A stretch of 64,000 nucleotides of DNA, from NCBI RefSeq assembly GCF_003704095.1, contig NW_020844059.1:186001-250000 (forward strand). The letters run 5' to 3'. Of this stretch, positions 62,601-64,000 are shown in pieces. The stretch is from Pocillopora damicornis (lineage: Eukaryota). A program made the position numbers and the translations under genes. A model generated the notes under the pieces. It did not search any database. It was not told the origin of the DNA and saw only the letters and a list, made by a program, of their open reading frames with translations. Within the stretch, counting starts at the first letter, position 1, and every line of letters begins with the position of its first letter.

Positions 62601-64000
62601 GATTTCAATTGTCTGTATTATTTGATGTTCATAAAAGCTTAAATAGGAAGAACATTTCATATAGGGTGCAGAAAAGAATAAATTAACTCCCGTGACTGAC
62701 CAAGAAAGAATTTCTCCTTACAATATCAACACAATGTCAAGCAGTCAAGTGATGAGAATAAAGGAAAACATCCATTAGTGGATTATTGGTTGATCCAACA
62801 CCAAATTCTCCAAACCGACATCATAAGAATTGTAAAGCAGACTGTGATGAGAATTACTAATGAGATCTTGGGAGTGAAAGGGTTGGGTTGCCTGTCTTGT
62901 GAGTAGGTTTTTTTTCTTTCTTTTTTCATGATTATTGCAAACAGTGCTTTTTCAAACCACTGTACCCTAAACAAATTTACTAGAGAAGTATTGAGTACTT
63001 ACAAACCTGTGGAAATTCTTGAAAAGCACCCATGCTTTCTTGATCAACATCACTTGACCCACCAATCACTAACACAGGCCTGAAGAACAATCATTCAATA
63101 CCCTTTACACCCTAACATCAGTATGCATATTCTCCATACTGCTTTCCACACATTTCTTTAGATGTTGACAAGGAGAATTTGTTTAAAAGCCAAGAGCTTC
63201 TTTAGATCATTTCCTTAAGTTAATTCTTGTGCTGTTAATTTTTGATTCAGGGGTAATCACGTACCAAGAGATGAGATGCTAGTCACTCAGGTCAAAGGGT
63301 TAAAACTATTAATAGTCCTGGTAGTAACCACAAATAGAGAAGTATGTGACAGCAAATGAATGTTAAAAAAAAAAAAAGAATTTCAGTTACTGTTCCTTGT
63401 AGCTCACAGTCTTCCTTAAGCTTTGATCTTTGAAAACTCTTCTCATCTTTGAAAAGGTAATGTCTGTGGACAAATATTTGTGCCTATTTTGGCTCCAAAT
63501 GGATGCTATTGTTTTTATGGTTCAGTGGCCAAGCATAATGACAACAAATCTGAAAGTCTTAGGTTTGATTCCTCATTGGGGAATCTGATGTTTCCATTGC
63601 CCCATTGCTGTTAACATGATGTTTTTAATGGACAACATCTTTTTCCATTTGATAATTGTGCCCAAATTATCCAACTAAAAGAATGTTGCAAATTATATCA
63701 AAGCTTGAGAAAGGAAGCATTTGGGACTGCAGAGTGAATAACAAATTACCAGAAACTCAACTTTTGCAGGCTCTTACATCCACACAGATAAGCTAGTTAT
63801 TTATATGATTTTTACTCTTTTGTTGATTAATGTAGTTTGTTTTCTAGAAACACATTAACATCATTTTTTCAACTGTTTTTTAAGAGTACTTTAATCATCA
63901 AAGTTTAAAAAACATCATCTCACAATAATCTGCATAAACTTACCAGCAGTTACTCATTGCATTTGCCATTCCTCCAAGAGCATGCAATAATCCTGGACCA
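53684..64000 (-). CDS. HACL1: 2-hydroxyacyl-CoA lyase 1, 5' end outside window; exons >64000-63944, 63079-63007, 62246-62169, 61913-61819, 61357-61245, 60240-60105, 59111-59006, 58630-58547, 57387-57274, 57154-57101, 56619-56519, 55752-55582, 55102-55001, 54186-53991, 53716-53684
   Basis: [79 protein letters not shown] and the TPP motif [11 protein letters not shown]...VNNNG. Ends in WLTRSKM (PTS1-like). Confidence 0.95.
55947..56170. repeat. Dispersed CCAAT-rich repeat; copies near 54265-54530, 42525-42705 (reverse) and 40645-40730 (reverse)
   Basis: Shared core GCTTTAC.TCGCT.TGTGATTGG...AAACTC.CGCCACTTTCTC.ACCAATCAGAT. Confidence 0.75.
57577..57778. mobile_element. piggyBac-like MITE, reverse of the inner nested element; related copy near 62684-62882
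   Basis: TTAA-CCCTTTAATTCCC ... GGGAGAAAAAAGG-TTAA. Confidence 0.78.
60721..60924. mobile_element. piggyBac-like MITE, best-preserved copy
   Basis: TTAA-CCCTTTA ... TAAAGGG-TTAA with perfect terminal 7-mers and TSD. Confidence 0.85.

Overview
Intron-rich, AT-rich animal genomic DNA with three N gaps; the gene and repeat content suggests a cnidarian, probably a scleractinian coral (inference). No prokaryotic features or CRISPR arrays are present. Bases 1-24.2 kb hold a cluster of six type-B carboxylesterase/cholinesterase-family paralogues. Five are intact, each with a signal peptide, a full Ser-Glu-His triad and a GPI-like tail, and their active-site residues are diversified (GESAG/GKSAG/GLSAG). 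The sixth is an inverted, catalytically dead pseudogene. Bases 25-64 kb hold TSPAN13/31 (with a U12-type intron ending in a CAG/TAG tandem acceptor), two tandem myosin essential light chain genes, HUS1 head-to-head with an intron-containing tRNA-Arg(CCG), an intronless coiled-coil/BTB/pentapeptide-repeat gene, and the 3' 15 exons of HACL1. Introns in this half are dense in TTAA-flanked piggyBac-like MITEs, Harbinger-like MITEs and tRNA-derived SINEs, including a triple-nested insertion. Exon boundaries were derived by hand and gene identities come from remembered homologues; no database search was run.
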